This document shows, piece after piece, positions 19,249-34,200 of a stretch of DNA of 64,000 nt. Origin of the DNA: Podarcis liolepis (lineage: Eukaryota); NCBI GenBank assembly GCA_965112155.1, contig OZ218104.1. The stretch is one strand, 5' to 3'. The number at the start of each line of letters is the position of its first letter. Within the stretch, counting starts at the first letter, position 1. The notes under the pieces are model-generated. The model saw only the letters and a list, made by a program, of their open reading frames with translations, was not told the DNA's origin and did not search any database. A program made the translations under genes and the position numbers.

Positions 19249-22200
19249 CTGTTGAGAAAGACAAGATTCATTCAGAGCACCATGCAAATTTATTGAGCAG
19301 TGAAAGGAAGCCTATTGCATTTCACATTGTACTGGCCTCATAAATATCTAGAGTGTCCCCACAGAGCATTTTCCCCAAAGGCATTTAGGATCAGGCTGCT
19401 GGTATCCCAAGAAGCCAGTAGAAAGAAGCCAGACACCGACAGATGCACAAAGCATCTCATACGAAGTTAACAGGCCCTTTGGCTCATTCTTCTTTGTCTA
19501 TATATAAAATCTACTGCATAGCTAGAGAGCTTTCCCCCACCATATTATGTGCTGTGCTATGCTCTGAAAGCATGCAGATAGGTTTACAGCAGCTCTGCCA
19601 CAGTTACAGAATCTCTACTTCTGGGGAAACGCTACATAAATGCCACTGAGTGAACAAATTAAATTTGGATGCTTTTGTACACATTTATACACTTAGAATA
19701 GACTGATCACTGACTTTTATACTGGCTGGGCCTGATGGGGGGAGTTGGAGTCCAACTCCATCTGGAGGACCACAAGTTCCCCATCCTTGCTTTAAACTCT
19801 AAGCAGTCTATGTCAAAATTGCTGTTAACACTGTAGTGTGTTCCCAGATTATATGGGCTTTACAAAGAAAGTCATAATTCAACACAATTTTAGATAGTTT
19901 TTCACAGCTGCACAGATGTGGCCTCCAACATAAGCTTCACAAAGGGAAGAAAGCACTAAAATTTAGCCAATGACAATTCTGGATACTCTGTACTTACTAT
20001 CTTGGATGCCAAACAGGAATATTCCAGAGGTCTGCCGAGATGAAGTGGAGGAGTTCTGCAGCTGGTTCATGGAACCACTTCCAGGTGTGTTATGGAACAA
20101 AGCAGCCGCCTGCTGCTGCTGCTGCTGCGGGGGTGAAGAAGCTCCCTGGATGCCAGCCATATTGTTTGGTGAAGAGTAGAGGGGGGACTGCTGCAACTCT
20201 TGCTGGTTCATGCTGTTTTGCAAGGCAGACATGGAAGTCGATGATATGAAGAGGGTGACAGGTTGCTCCTGAGAGCTGGAGGATCCTTGGACTAGCTGGA
20301 TCTGGGGTGAGTTGTGGAATAAGGCAGGCTGCTGCTGTGACTCAGCTTGATTAGAGCCTGGGCTCTGGTTCTGAAACTGCATGGGTTGCTGATCCTGATT
20401 CATTGGTGCCATGCTGCTTTGTGGGTGGAAGAGAGACTGGCTTTGTTGTTGTTGTTGTTGATGCTGCTGCTGCTGTTGCTGCTCCTGGCTGGCCATTGGG
20501 TTAGGGTTTGGGTTGTACATCATGTTCTGCTTCTGAGATGTCATAGGACCCATGGAATTCTGATTGCTGAACCTCAAATTCTGCTGCTGCTGCTCTTGGG
20601 AGGGTGTGCTGTTCTGAAGAGCCACCATAGAATGCTGTGGTTGGAACATGGCTCCTTGCTGGTTTTGGGGCACCTGTGATTGGAACATGCTCTGCTGCTG
20701 TTGCTGGGACTGCTCTTGGGCAAGCATAGGGCTCTGGAGATGTGAGAGCTGAGCCTGCTGCTGCTGGAATGTCGACTGCTGCTCAGCATTGGCAGATGTC
20801 TGCAGTGGAGAAATGGAATTCTGTGTGGCAAAGAAGGGCATCTGTTCCTCCTGTGCAACTGAGCTCTGGGGAAGGAATAGGTTGCTTGCCTGCTGGTCCT
20901 GAACCACACCCATGGGACTCTGGGAGTGGAACATTGGAGGCTGCAGCTGCTCTGAGGAAGAGGCAGAGCTCTGGCTGTGGAAGAGAGCACTTTGGGTCTC
21001 CTGCGAGATGTTCTGAGCATCCCCAATAGGGCTCTGTGAGTGAAAAAGCTGAGCCTGTGAATGGGAAGCCTGCTGCAAGAAGCTTCCAGACTGGAGAGAC
21101 ATCAACTCCCCACTCTGCTGAAAGAGGCTCCCGGTTTGCTGCTGTTGCTGCTGTGTTCCGTTGTCCTGAACGGCCATCATGCTTTCTGAGGAGGAGAAGA
21201 GGCTGACCTGCGCCTGGTTCTCCCCGCTGTGCTGCATTTGAACCATAGCTTGAAATACATTGTTCTGCATCTGTTTGGTCTGACCTGGAGCTTCTTCACC
21301 TTCGGCAGAGCCAGAAGACTGAAACATGGAAGGGCCGTTGGCAGGCACCACTTGCTGCTGCTGCTGTTGCTGCTGCTGCGATGGAGTACCAGCTTCATTA
21401 CCGGAAACACTGGTGGGTGAGAATAGCTCACACTGCATCTGTATGTCTTCATTTGTTGTCAGTGCACCCATCAGGTGAGAAGTTTGTTGGTACACTGGGG
21501 ACTGCTGGATGTTTCTATTTCCCGAAGAGGAGGTTGAGAACATGTCAGACTGCATCTGACTTGCTGCCTGGCAGAGGCCTTGCTGAATCTCAATCACCAT
21601 AGCTGCAGAAGTCTCCATTGCTTGCTGTTGCTGCTGCTGCTGCTGCTGTTGCTGCTGCTGGCTGGACAAAGAACTTTCAGGTTGTGGATGGACATTCTCA
21701 CTTCTCCCAGAGAGAAGGTCCTCAGCCCTTGAATGGACAGTGTCAGAGGAGGAAAACATCCCTTGGCTGACTCCATTTTGGATCTGGCTAACCTGCTGAA
21801 AAATCTCTACATTGATTTGCTCTTGAACATCCTCATTGTCAGACCCAGAGAACAAGACAGAGGACAGCTGCTGCTGGGCTTCCAGGACCTGCTGGACCAA
21901 ATCTACACTTCCATGGTTGCTGCTGGCAGTGCTAGACTGAAAGTTCCCTGCTTGCAGTTGTTGAATTGTGTTCTGCAGCTGACTCACACTGCTGGCCGAT
22001 GAGAAAAGGTTTGACGACATCTGCTGCTGCAACACTTGTGCCGATTCCTGGAGTGGTGACTGCTGCTGGGACACCTCTGTCAACTGAGACAAAGTCATGA
22101 CTGCACTGTCTGGCTGCAACACCTCTCTCGGCTGGGACTCCCTGGTGGGGAACTGGGATGCCTGCTGCAACAAGGTGTCACTGTTTTGCAGCTGATTGGG

Positions 22201-25200
22201 ACCAGAACCTGCAGGGAAGCTGCCAGGCTGGGCAAGGTCCTGTGCCTGGAGGGAGGGCATTGCCTCTGGAGTATATACCTTTGGCTGCAGCTGCTGATTT
22301 TCACTCTCTGGTGCTAAGTGAGAAGCAGAAGAGGAGAAAGTGCCATTGCCCAATATACTGGACATGTTGGTTTCCAATGTGGCTTGGGATGGTCCAACTA
22401 CACTTGTTGCCTGAGGGGGAAAGCACACAGTAATAAGACAGAACAATCATAAGCTTGCATGGTGCCTCAATGAAACAACACTCTGAAAACTGTTTAACAT
22501 TTAAACCACACCAACTGCAACATTGGATCCCTATCCCATTAAGGCATGTTGAATTTTTCAACTTACAAATTCCAAAAATGAGGGGTGCTAAAAAGTTGTA
22601 AAATGACTTGGAAATTCAAAAGATATTTTGATTAAATTAATATGATTTAGTTTTACTTGGCAACTAACTACATAAAATATTGACCTTTTGTTTTTGTACA
22701 ACTTCCAATAATTTTTAGCTTCTTATAAAAAATATGTAAAAATGTGTGTAAAATTGAATATCATAAAAATGATTGCCAAGTACTTGCAGTTATATATGAC
22801 CCCGCATAATGGACAATTTAAAAAGCACAAGCAGCAAGAAGGCGGCTTACTAAATATAAGCAGAGAAGTAAGCAGGATGCTTCAATACCATCAAATGAAA
22901 TAATTTTTTGGGCTGACAGAAATGAGTAATAGCCAAGGTGGAAATGATGGAAGTTATGAACTGGCAATAGAAAAATCAAGTACACCTTCCACTTTGAATA
23001 AAAAGACAGAGTACAACATATTAGAAATAAATAATTTTGCTATGCAGGGCATTAGATATGCTGTTGACCAGCTCATCACAGCTCACCACAGATTTGTAGT
23101 TGATCACAATAAAATCAAGAGAGCCCAAGAAAAAGATATCAAATCCCTGAATCAGGAATCTGATTATCTTTGTCAGAAAGGGTGAAATTGACTGGTTCAA
23201 CATCAAAATAAAGCACTCAATGGAAGACCCACACCACATCTTGTTTCAGCTGCAACAAGTTAGGCTGCAAAAGAAGGCTGTGGTGGATGCTGTTTTACAA
23301 ACCATTCAGCACTCAGCATGGTATGCATTTAGCAAAATGATAATCCAGACACTCTTGGGCTCAGAGAGCAGTGGGAAGAGGAAAGCTCGTGTCTGAAAGA
23401 TCATTAACTTGAGGGGTAGAGTTGATCTTTTAATAAAAGTTTTGTCAAATAAAAGTTTTGCAGAACCCCCCCCCCCAATCACCAGCTCTCTATGCCACCA
23501 CTCACCACTTACCTTAAAGACTGGAGGAGCCCTTTTTTCAGCTTTAAGTGCCATGGGAGCAGCCTCTTCACTCTTGATCACACTGTTTGGCCTGAGTGGC
23601 GTTATCAAGGCACTGGGAAGAATATTTACCTTGTCCAGGTTACAGCCACTGGTGTTCACTGCAGCAGAGAACAAACACAGTCTTACTGGTGTCCTGAAGG
23701 ATAGCCACAGGGGCTGAGAATAAGAGGACTGGTTGCTAGGGCTACCCCTCCACTCTCCAGAAATTAGGTTGTAAACAGCAACAAGCATCTGAATACATAG
23801 CACTGTCACAGAGAGGGTAATACATCTGGTAAAATAAGTCCCTATATGGCAAGGACTATACTAGTATGCTACAACAAATACAAGGCCATGTGGCAACTCA
23901 CATTTGACAAAGTGATCTCAAGCCCATTATTCCACAGTAAGTGTGTTCATCTTTAAGATGCTACAAGATTGTTTTGTGAGTAATTTGATGGAAAGAGTAA
24001 TCTTGATGCTTACAGCTCTCCTTACCAAACAGGGATCTAGGAAGTTGCCTTATACAGAGTGAGACCATTAGTCCATCTACAGTACTTTAGCTTTACTAAT
24101 GGTTTTCCAGGGTTTCAGACAGTAAACTTTCCAAGCGCTACCTAGAGGTGACAAGGATTGAAACTGGGACCTTCTGTATACAAATCAGATGGTCTACCAC
24201 TGAGCGACAGCTCATCTTCTGAAGAGCCATAAAGTTGTTATTACAGGAAAAATCACCCTGATCTCTGATGTCCATCTATTTGCAAGCCACCAAGTTTCCC
24301 CATTCTGTTCTTTCAAATTGCATCAGCTTTTGCCAGAACACATCAAATGTTCAACTTCTTGCTTATTTTAAGGGTTTTAAGTAAATGTGAAAGTAATAAA
24401 ATAAGGGCATGAAGGAAATAGCAGTAATTTGCAAGTGTCTTTTATCAGTTGAAGAATAGTTTTCTATGGAAATAATCCATCAAACAACTTGTACAAGCCT
24501 GCAAGTGATGAGCACCAGTTGTTTGAGCCAAATGGCATCAGCATTTCACTGTGACTGATGAAGCATATGTAACTAACTGCAAGAATTCCAGGCTGATACA
24601 AGGAAAGGAGAAGGGATGAATTGGGATCAAAAACATAATCCTGTACACAGAAAAGTGGGTGAAATATTTGACTCAAAGCATAATGAAGAACAAACTAAGT
24701 ACAACACTGCCACATTTATCATCACACACTTCATGTAGGCCAAGTCACACAATTATACTGGTCAATACATAAATTAGTTCTGGAGAAAGAACGAATATGC
24801 CCTACACATACAACAAGCCGAATGGGAAACACTCAAATGCAAAATTGAAGCCAAGATTGGAGAAGTGTCATAAATTCAATGGTAGCTGCTCTGCATGCAG
24901 AAGGTCCCAGGTCTAATCCCCACCATCTCTAGGTAGGACTGGGAAAGAATCCCATCTGTGACTCTGAAGAACTGCTGCTAATCAATGTAGAAACTGCTGA
25001 GCTAAATCGACAAATAATCAGTGAATGTATGAGAACATCTCCTGTTCTTAGTGAGTTGGAAACATTCCAGAACAGCTATGCTGAATCTTTTCCAGCTGCA
25101 GCCCTGGAAGCCTGACAAACTCATGACCTTACTATTTATGCTGCTTTGCTTCAAAAACACATGCTCTTGAGCAGCTTCTGAAACTTAATTAGCTTCAGCA

Positions 25201-28200
25201 AACAATTCACTTAGTAAGAGCACACAAACCAACAGGGCCTGCCACTATAGTACACACAGAGTAGTAAAGACAATTGCAAAGCAAGTACTATGAATAATTT
25301 ATTCTCTATTTTTATTTGAGTAGTGAGCTTTGCACTAGCAATACAACTCTTATGTCAACATTTTCATGAAACAGTTTAGCAAGTTATCTGCACTAGCTTC
25401 ATGTTTAGTCAGGACTTTTAACCACTTGTGGAATTAATACGTATTAGAAACAGCAACACTAGAGTAATTGCAAGATTAAAGCCCCTGCATATACCACTGT
25501 CTCTGCGACCAGGAGTCTTAGGCTGCAATCATATGCACACTTACTTAAGAGTAAGCCCCTCTGAGCTCAAAGCGACTACTTCTGAGTTGACATGCAAAGG
25601 ACTACACTCTTAATTTGTGACCACAATAAAGCTCTTACGAAAATCTCTCTGGAAGGTCTGCAGAAAATTGGTGTAAGTTAGAACCCAAAGAGATTAATAC
25701 CATTGCTAAGAATTAGATACCTTTGATAGCATCATCAAAAGAGCAAGGCTGGGTTGGACTGGGTATTTCCTGCTTCACGTTCACATTCAGAGTACCAGCT
25801 GCAAATGCAAAAGACACTGCTGACTTTCAGAACAGATGTAAAGCAAAGTGTTCCCCCGTAAGGTGAAAGGTACATTTTAAAAGTTTATCTCTATTTTCAT
25901 GTGCGCAGTGGTGGGGGAGACCTTAACTCAGATCTTTGTAATACGGTGTAGCCCCAAACTCATCTTCCTCCCATAAACCCTTCAAGCTTCAGAGAGACAG
26001 GCTCTCTTCAAAGAATGAGAGCAAGTCCCTGGTGTGCAGCTATCAGATCAAGTAGTGCAAGAGGTGTTGCCCACCCAACAGTCTTGCTTTCTTCCTCAGC
26101 CTCTTCCAAAGATATAACAATTAAATACAAGAAAAACTGTGCAGAAGTATTTGCCAAGGGCCATCTCTACAGCTTCATCATTTTCAACATACATGTATCA
26201 GGAGTGTAAGTAAATGGCTGTATGTCATGTGATCTTCCAGCATTGGTCACCACATAGATCCCCACAGAAACCGGGGCAGTTATTTGCTGGTCGTGATATG
26301 GCGGCACCTTCACAATTAGATGATTCTAAATCAAAAAAAAAAGAAGTTTGTTAGAGCAGACACCTTACCAACTTATATCTTCACAGACTAACACTACAAG
26401 ACCTAATCATAAGAAGTAAAGATTGCATTGGAGGTACCAAGGATCTGCTGGGAAATCTACCCAGCTACAAATTGTAAAGCTGAATCTCTTGAACATACCT
26501 ATCAGTAGCGAGAGCACACAGGAGAAAAGTCTTTACTCAACATAATCTTCCTATCTCTGCTATTACAATCTTCTTAATTTCAAAAAACCTGCACATAAAC
26601 AGCAAGTCACTGTTTCCTTGTTTTGCTTTGCTATAGCTTCCACTGCTCATCCACCAAAATGCCAGTCAGGGACTTAGGTTGTGCAATGGCAGCAATGAAA
26701 TAACTACAGGGAGATGATTTTGAGGTTCAGCAGCAACTAGTAGTATTCAGAAGCAGACCAGAGGTAGTATGTAGCCACAAATAATCTTATTCTCCATTAA
26801 TTTGTCTAGCCTCCTTTTAAAGCTGTCAAAGTTGACAGCCATTACCACATATTGTGATATGAAATTCTATAGATAACTTTGCTGGGGATGGGGAGGGAGA
26901 CATAATACCCAGCAGTTTATCTGCATTATTTGTGACTAAATCTGAAATAATTTCCTCACCCAACAAAAACCTAAGCTCAATTTATGATCCATGATAACAG
27001 CAGGTTATAAAATTAAATCATAGCCAGAAATATTGGGAAAACAGAAATATTCTGTTTTTAAGTAGTAAATAGCATATGACATATATGCAAAATAGAAAAG
27101 TAATAATATCTTTATTTGGGTACTTTATCATCACAGAATCTTATAGAAATAATTATTAGTAACTTGGTCTGTTTGGTCCTGGTAGCTAGGGATGATGGGA
27201 GTTGTAGTCAAACAACATCTGCGGACCCAAGGTTGAGAAAGGTTGCTCTAGATATTTTTCCACTCTCAACTGTATTTACCCTAGATTCTTAAAAACATAA
27301 TCACCACCTTGCTGGATCAGACATTGACTCAACTAGTCCAGCAGCCTGTTCTCACAGTGGCCAATCAGATGCCTCCATGGGAAGCAGGGCATGAGCACAA
27401 AAAAACATGTTATATGGTTACCTTTTTTAAAAAAAAAAGTTTCAACAATTTTATCTTTGTTTTTAATTGATGGTATTATGTATATTTGTTTTTATTGGTT
27501 TGTGGATATTAACCATGCTTTATATATAATTTTATTTGTATACCACCTGGAAAAAACTTTGATCAAGCAATTTGTAAATTTTCTAACTAAATAAAAGAAA
27601 CAGTACTTTCACCAACCACCTTCTCCAACAACTGGTAGTCAAGAGGCATACTGCCTCCGATAGTGAAAGAAATAAACACCCATCATAGGTGGTACCCATT
27701 GATAGGCTTATCCTCCATTAATTCAAGAAATGATCATCACCAAATCATTTTGAATCCATAAAGTAGCATTGTAAAAGGAGAGAAGATATTAAGATTCTAA
27801 CTTTACAGATTCAAAATGTTTTGGTGACAGTAAGATTTCTTGAAGGAAGAGATAATTAATGCATATTTAACCCTAGTGCAACAATGGATTTGGGTTTGGA
27901 TTCCCATCATTAGAAGACTAGAAGAGAGTTAACCATTATTTATGGCAGTCCTTATGGTAGCAGCTGCACAAAAGCCAATTTTTGATCATCCTACTTCCAA
28001 AATGAGGGTCAGCACACCTAGAAGAGGAATGACTGATTGCTGCTTGCACAGGAACCTTTGCTGTTCTGTATCTCACAAGCAGGGCAGGAAATTGAAGAAA
28101 GAAATTGCCCTGATAAACAGAACAAGTACAGTGGTGCCCCGCAAGACGAATGCCTCGCAAGACGAAAAACTCGCTAGATGAAAGGGTTTTTCGGTTTTGC

Positions 28201-31200
28201 GTTGCTTCGCTAGACGAATTTCCCTATGGGCTTGCTTCGCAAGACGAAAAAGTCTTGCACTTTTTTTTAAAGCCGCTTGAAGAGGCGCAGTTGCGACAGA
28301 CCGTGCTTCGCAAGACGAAAAACATCACAAGACGAAAAGACTCGCGGAACGAATTCTTTTCGTCTTGCGAGGCACCACTGTATAGTGCTCACTCACATAA
28401 TCTCTATGCTTAAAGGCTGCAATGGCTACCACTACACAAAAGAGGAGAGACTGCTTAGGTTGTGAAAAAATGTGAAATGTACCACAGTCTTGCAGCTTGG
28501 GTTTAAGGAGTAGGGAGTAAGAGAAGAAATGACAACTTTGTGCAAACTATTTGTACACACACAAAAAGGTGACCCAGCCAGATACTATTTATGTCAAAAT
28601 ATCTGTCCATGAAGATTGATCCAGTTTGTTGGTCATATGATTGTTTGACAAAAAAATAAGCCACATGAAGGCAGCTTTTGTAGCAAATTTACCTTTTTAA
28701 ACTTGGGCATAAAGTGCTTGGAACTCGTATTTCAACTTCATATATGCGTTCTAAATCCTCCCTTCCAAATATATGATAAGAGGAAAAATTCTTTAGCAAT
28801 TCCTCAGGCATAAATGAACAACTGTATCCCAACCATGAACAAGGAAGATTTTATATCTGGATTTCTGTGCACTTTTAAAAAGCATGTACCTGATGAAACA
28901 GCTCCATGTCAATTTCTGCTTCCCCTTTCCAAGAGTTTTCATCTGTTTGAAAGCAAAAGAGAGTATTACTGCACAAGCTCAGCTAAGTTTATTCATTGTC
29001 AGGGAAGCTGGTCACAGGAACCACCTACCTCCTTGGCTACCTGCAGAGGCAGTCGTTAGCCCAACTCCATCCACAATGGTCTCCCCACCCCTCACCTCCA
29101 TTCTCAGCCTGAGTATGTATGTATAGTTCTCACCAGACATATTCTCTTGAAAGATCACTTTTGTTCCCTTCAGAAAGTTCTTGCCAATTAAAAAGACTTC
29201 CTCTTCTCCCTTCACAGAACAACTGTGCAGGCTTTTCTTTAGAATCTCTGGTACACCAGCTGGCTGAGCTACAAATTGAAAAAGAGAAGGGATATTTATT
29301 ATATACACCCCCACACCTGCAACTTAATGCCAAAATGGGCTTCTAAGTGGTTTAACTGACAACATGCAAAAAGTTGGCATCATCTCCCAAGGTCTCAATC
29401 TGGAACTGGTCATTTGGCTTGCATGGCATATAGGAAAGCAGAACTTACAGCGATTCTGCTTGGGTGTAGCAAAGCATGCCCATCCTTTAATTCATCAGAG
29501 AAAAGCACAGCGCAACTCTCCTAGGAATTGGCACATGACTGTAGTCTACTAGAATGTGTTCATCATAGCATTTCCCCCCTAGGTAACACTGAAGTAAAAT
29601 AGCACTAGTTCTCTCTTTTATAAATGGGCTAGTGCAAGGAGTTTCAAAAATCACCCAGCTGTCATATACAACATCTTAGAGGCCTTTAAAATTTGTCTCA
29701 CAACAAGGTCCATAACAATTGGCTGGATATGTACATACAGTCTTCAGCAAGTTTCCAAATACAAATAAGCTTTATATCAATATTACACAAAAGTTAGTCA
29801 TTTTGCCCAGATGCAAAAAGTTGGCATTTTAAACACAACTGTAGTTTTAAGCCTCAAGCCAGCAACAAATAATTCAAACCACAGAAGCAGGCTATCTCAG
29901 GCTAGAAGCAGCAATTTTCCTTTGCCAAAGTCTTATGATACATGCCACACTCCTATTCCAACTATGTGCACTGCTTGGTGGATTGACAGGGCACACTGTT
30001 AATTTGGATGTGGGCCAGATCCCCTACACCCAAGTTTTGGTTAACACTGAAAATAGATCAATGAGGGAACCAATTAGATATGCTATAAGCCTACACAGAA
30101 AAAGTAATTTCATTTAAAGCAGCATGAGGACTTCTAGCAACACAGACACACATGAAAGCTAAGGTCTAGGCAATTTATTTGGTTTATTTAGGTTGTTCAT
30201 TCTATTTTGTTATTAAAGCAGAAAATGAAATGCAGGGCAACTGAATTAACAGGAGACCCAAAGCCCCAGCAAGATGGGACTCAGAGTTTGACTTTACAAC
30301 TTACTGCACAGAATTGGTGAGGACGGCGTCTGCAGGGTCAGAATGGAACCATCCTTCCGAGTGATGTTAACACGGAACACTAGCCTGGCCCGAGTGCTTT
30401 TTTTCTTGGAGCCAGCGATGCCTATTCGAGCTTCAACATCTGCATTTCTCAGTTTCAGTATTCCAACACAGTCCACCCTAGCAACACAAGATTAAAGTTA
30501 CCTACCCAACTTGCTTTCAAAGAGGCCACTTAAGTTTTGCCAGGGTATGTAAAACAGCAAGCTTCCTAGGCATCCAGGCACATGGGTATTTAACCCAAGC
30601 GAGAGTTGCCCATATAAACACTACAGATGCATGTGCCTCTACAGCTGCAAAGATGATGGAAGCAGCCACAAAAAGCTCCCTCACCTCCAAGCTCTGCAGC
30701 AACAGCTACTGTCAAAAGAGCAATCCTTAAATTGGAGAGGGGTGTGTGCTAATACCTCTGCTAAGGCAAACAGTCACTTGCTGGCCTTGGGAAATTCATT
30801 TTCAGTCTCTCTCCACCTCTCCCATAAAAAGGGGGCACAGCAGCTTGCCTACTAGGTGTGTTGAGAGGATGGCAAGCAATCACTTTGCATATTATTCAAT
30901 GTAGCTAAAATGTTCTTTTAAATGTGTTTCTGAGAAGGGGGGTATTGGTTTTTTGTTTTTGTTTTTATTATGTATTTTGTGTTTTCAATTTCTATTTTTA
31001 CGCTGCGAACTGCCCTGTAATCTTTGGCTGAAGGGTGATATACATTTTTTTTTAAAAAAAATTAATCTTAACTACGGAAGTGTGAAATCCAAAAGAGGCT
31101 GCTTTAGGCAAAGTTTATTTGGCTTCCATGCAATGTGCCTCTAACAAAGAACAGCTGCAGGTGGGTTCTTAAACCTATACTCAAATTTCTTTGGTACAAT

Positions 31201-34200
31201 AGTTTGAAAATAGAAATAATTTTAAGCTTTGTCATGCAACTGGCACAAATAAAAACAAGAGCCATGACCCAAGAATCCTCAGCAATGGCCAAAATAAGCA
31301 ATTTGTATTATGGCCAAATACTTCCAAAATATCTTTTTTCAGAAACTAAAATAACCACCTAAATGCTACCTCCCCATAACATTTGTTATAAAATGCATTC
31401 ATCCTAAATATTCAGGGAGAGTTGGCTAATGCATTCAAATATACCAGAGGGGAAAATAGCATCTTTACAGAAAAGCAAAAGATGGCAGTAGCACTTCAGA
31501 TTCAGCTGAGGCATCAGTAGCTCACAGATCAGATTTGGTGGCAGACAAGGAAGAGCAATGAATCTGGACAACCCAATTATGCTGGCTGGCTGAGTGCTCA
31601 TCACTAGAGCAACCAGTCACTATTCTGAGACTCTTTTGCATCTCTCGCTTGCATAAAGCAAACAGAGAAAACAATGAACTAAGAAATCAGTTCATCAATG
31701 AAGCGAAAAAGTTTTTCAATTCAAATTATTCTCTCTGGTTCCCAGAATATCCATTCTGCATTTTCCCCACCCAACTCCCCCACCCAGTAAGGAGAAAGAT
31801 GGCCGCAGAAAATTTATTTCAAATGCTGTAGAGGGAAGTACAAAGCTGCTGTACTTCTTATTCACCAGATACTTGAAAAAATTCAAGCTACACTATTGAC
31901 GCCGACATTATTATTAATAATATTTATTAGTCACTTTACTCATTAAAATGGCTCAAAGTGAACATGAACAGAAATACTAAACCAATAAAAATAATCACAT
32001 CAATAAAAAAACTCACATCTATACAAATAAAAGACAGGTCCAGATCCTGCCCCCCATCCACAAGAGGCCAGAAATCCTTCAAACTAAGGGCCAAAAGCCC
32101 ACGAAAAAGGGGGGAAATGCTTTGCACTGACATGTGAATCGAATTGGACAAAAATGTCAAAATAAACATGGAGTTTAAACTGCAGGTTTATTCATTGATA
32201 CTGCCCCCCCCCATCCAGCCCTACCCATGATCAAAGCAGGAAATGGCAAATCTTTAACTAACTGGTCTTCACAAAAAGGATCATGTAATATAGGTCTCAA
32301 TTCTTCCCACTTCAGACAATTCAACAGATGAGGCCTAGCTCAAAACCAGCTACATGGACCAACAGGTGAGGAATGATCTGGTCTCGTCTTAGTACACTAT
32401 TATATCCCATCAATAGACCACAATAGCTTTTAAATTAAAAGGTTGATCCATTTTAGGGAGGGAGTCAAAATACAGATCCCATTACGGAAGCTGAGACTGA
32501 CCAAGTCACAAGCAATACAAAACTTCCTAGTGCACACACATAAAGCTCCACAGGGCAGACAGTTTATAAGAGCTTTGTGCTCACTGAAAGACAGCATTGT
32601 TTATTTCATCAGCAGAGTCACCGCTACTGAGCCAGCACTGTGAGAGCACTTCATCTTACAAAACTCTGCTGGTTTCAGATAGCAGCCCAGTTAAGAGCAT
32701 TTTGACAAGAGCACAGCTGATGCATTCACCTAGCCTTGCCACCAGTTCACTGGCAGCTTTCACAGTGTTAACTGGGGAGGCATACTTTAGTTCTGCCTTC
32801 CACCTACCTTGTCTTACAGCTGTCAAAAGAAAAACACCCCACAAGACAATGAAAAGTGGGGAGAGCTGCATTTTCCAGAAGAGTCTCTGCAATGTCACTT
32901 TTGCCAATCAGTTATTTGTTGTCGTTTTTAAAAAGAAGGATCTAAGAGTTCGGAATAATATGCCTTGTATTCTCTTCATCTTATTTCCACGTATCTAAAA
33001 TGCTTTATAAACATTATATTTATATACATGGTCTTAAAAGTTTTCATTGTATACAATGTGTCAGCCTAAGCAAAGGAGGGAGCAGACTGCCTATCTTTTA
33101 GCATCCAACATGCTGGTAAGTAGTCCAATTCAACTGTTAAGATGTACAGTGGTACCTTGGGTTACAAACACTTCGGGTTACAGACTCCACTAACCTGGAA
33201 TTAGTACCTCGGGTTAAGAACTTTACCTCAGGATGAGAACAGAAATTGCACGCCACCGGCGCAGCAGCAACAAGAGGCTCCATTAGCTAAAGTGGTACCT
33301 CAGGTTAAGAACAGTTTCAGGTTAAGAATGGACCTCCGGAATGAATTAAGTTCGTAACCAGAGGTACCACTGTATTGGTACATGAAAGGCTCCTCCACAT
33401 TCACAGATTTCTAGGCAAGCTGAGGCTGCCCCATTAACTTCAGCAGTAGGAGATGTTACATGCACTGAAATGCTGTACATATTAGCGTTCTGACACAAAA
33501 GTGTCTGCTTACATGCATTTTGTGCAGACCAGAATCCCAAGAACTCTAGATTGGGGCCAATGTACAGGAAATAATTTAAGTGTATTCAAGTAGTTCCCAG
33601 ATTTACTGCCTTTTATTGCAATTCAAGATGCCTGATCTGAGTAGATACAGAATCATAAAGAGCTGAAAAGACCTTAAATTGTCAGGTAATCCAAAGCAGG
33701 AAATATGCTGCTACAGAATCACTGAGAGACCCAGAAATAGTACAATGAAAAACAGTGACTTACGCCAGGGTCATGTTGTTGTTTGGATCCAAGCCCACCT
33801 CAATGACGGTGGTACCCTCTATGTCAACTTCTTTGCAGGGTGTGGTGTTTCGTCCTGTAACCCTGCAGGCCTGATAGAATCCATGAGGTTTCACCCGACC
33901 AGAGTCATTCCCCACAAAGACCTGCAGCGTCACAGCCTCATTGTGACCTTCCAGCTACAACCATAAAACAGGCAGGAAAGCGTTAATAGACTACAACAGG
34001 CAATGCAAATAATTTGCAAATATTACAATGTAAAAGTATTTTGAACATCAGAACACTAGTTAGTGTTAAAACCCAGTGGTGCACTGAAAGTCTTCTCTTT
34101 TCCAAAATAACAGCTCAACTCTTCAGTTGTTGCAGGCTATGTTAAACCAATTTAATTCCAGTTAATTATGCAATATCTCAGTTATACTTCCCTGAGTCCA

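Noticed and set aside
20338-20346. ARE/AP-1-like TGACTCAGC inside the NFAT5 giant exon (another near 21979)
   Set aside because: Explained by the codons (Ala-Glu-Ser); short motif with no supporting context.
25711-25720. GTATCT donor of NFAT5 exon 11 as a possible U12 intron
   Set aside because: Does not match the U12 consensus GTATCCTT; treated as an ordinary U2 donor.
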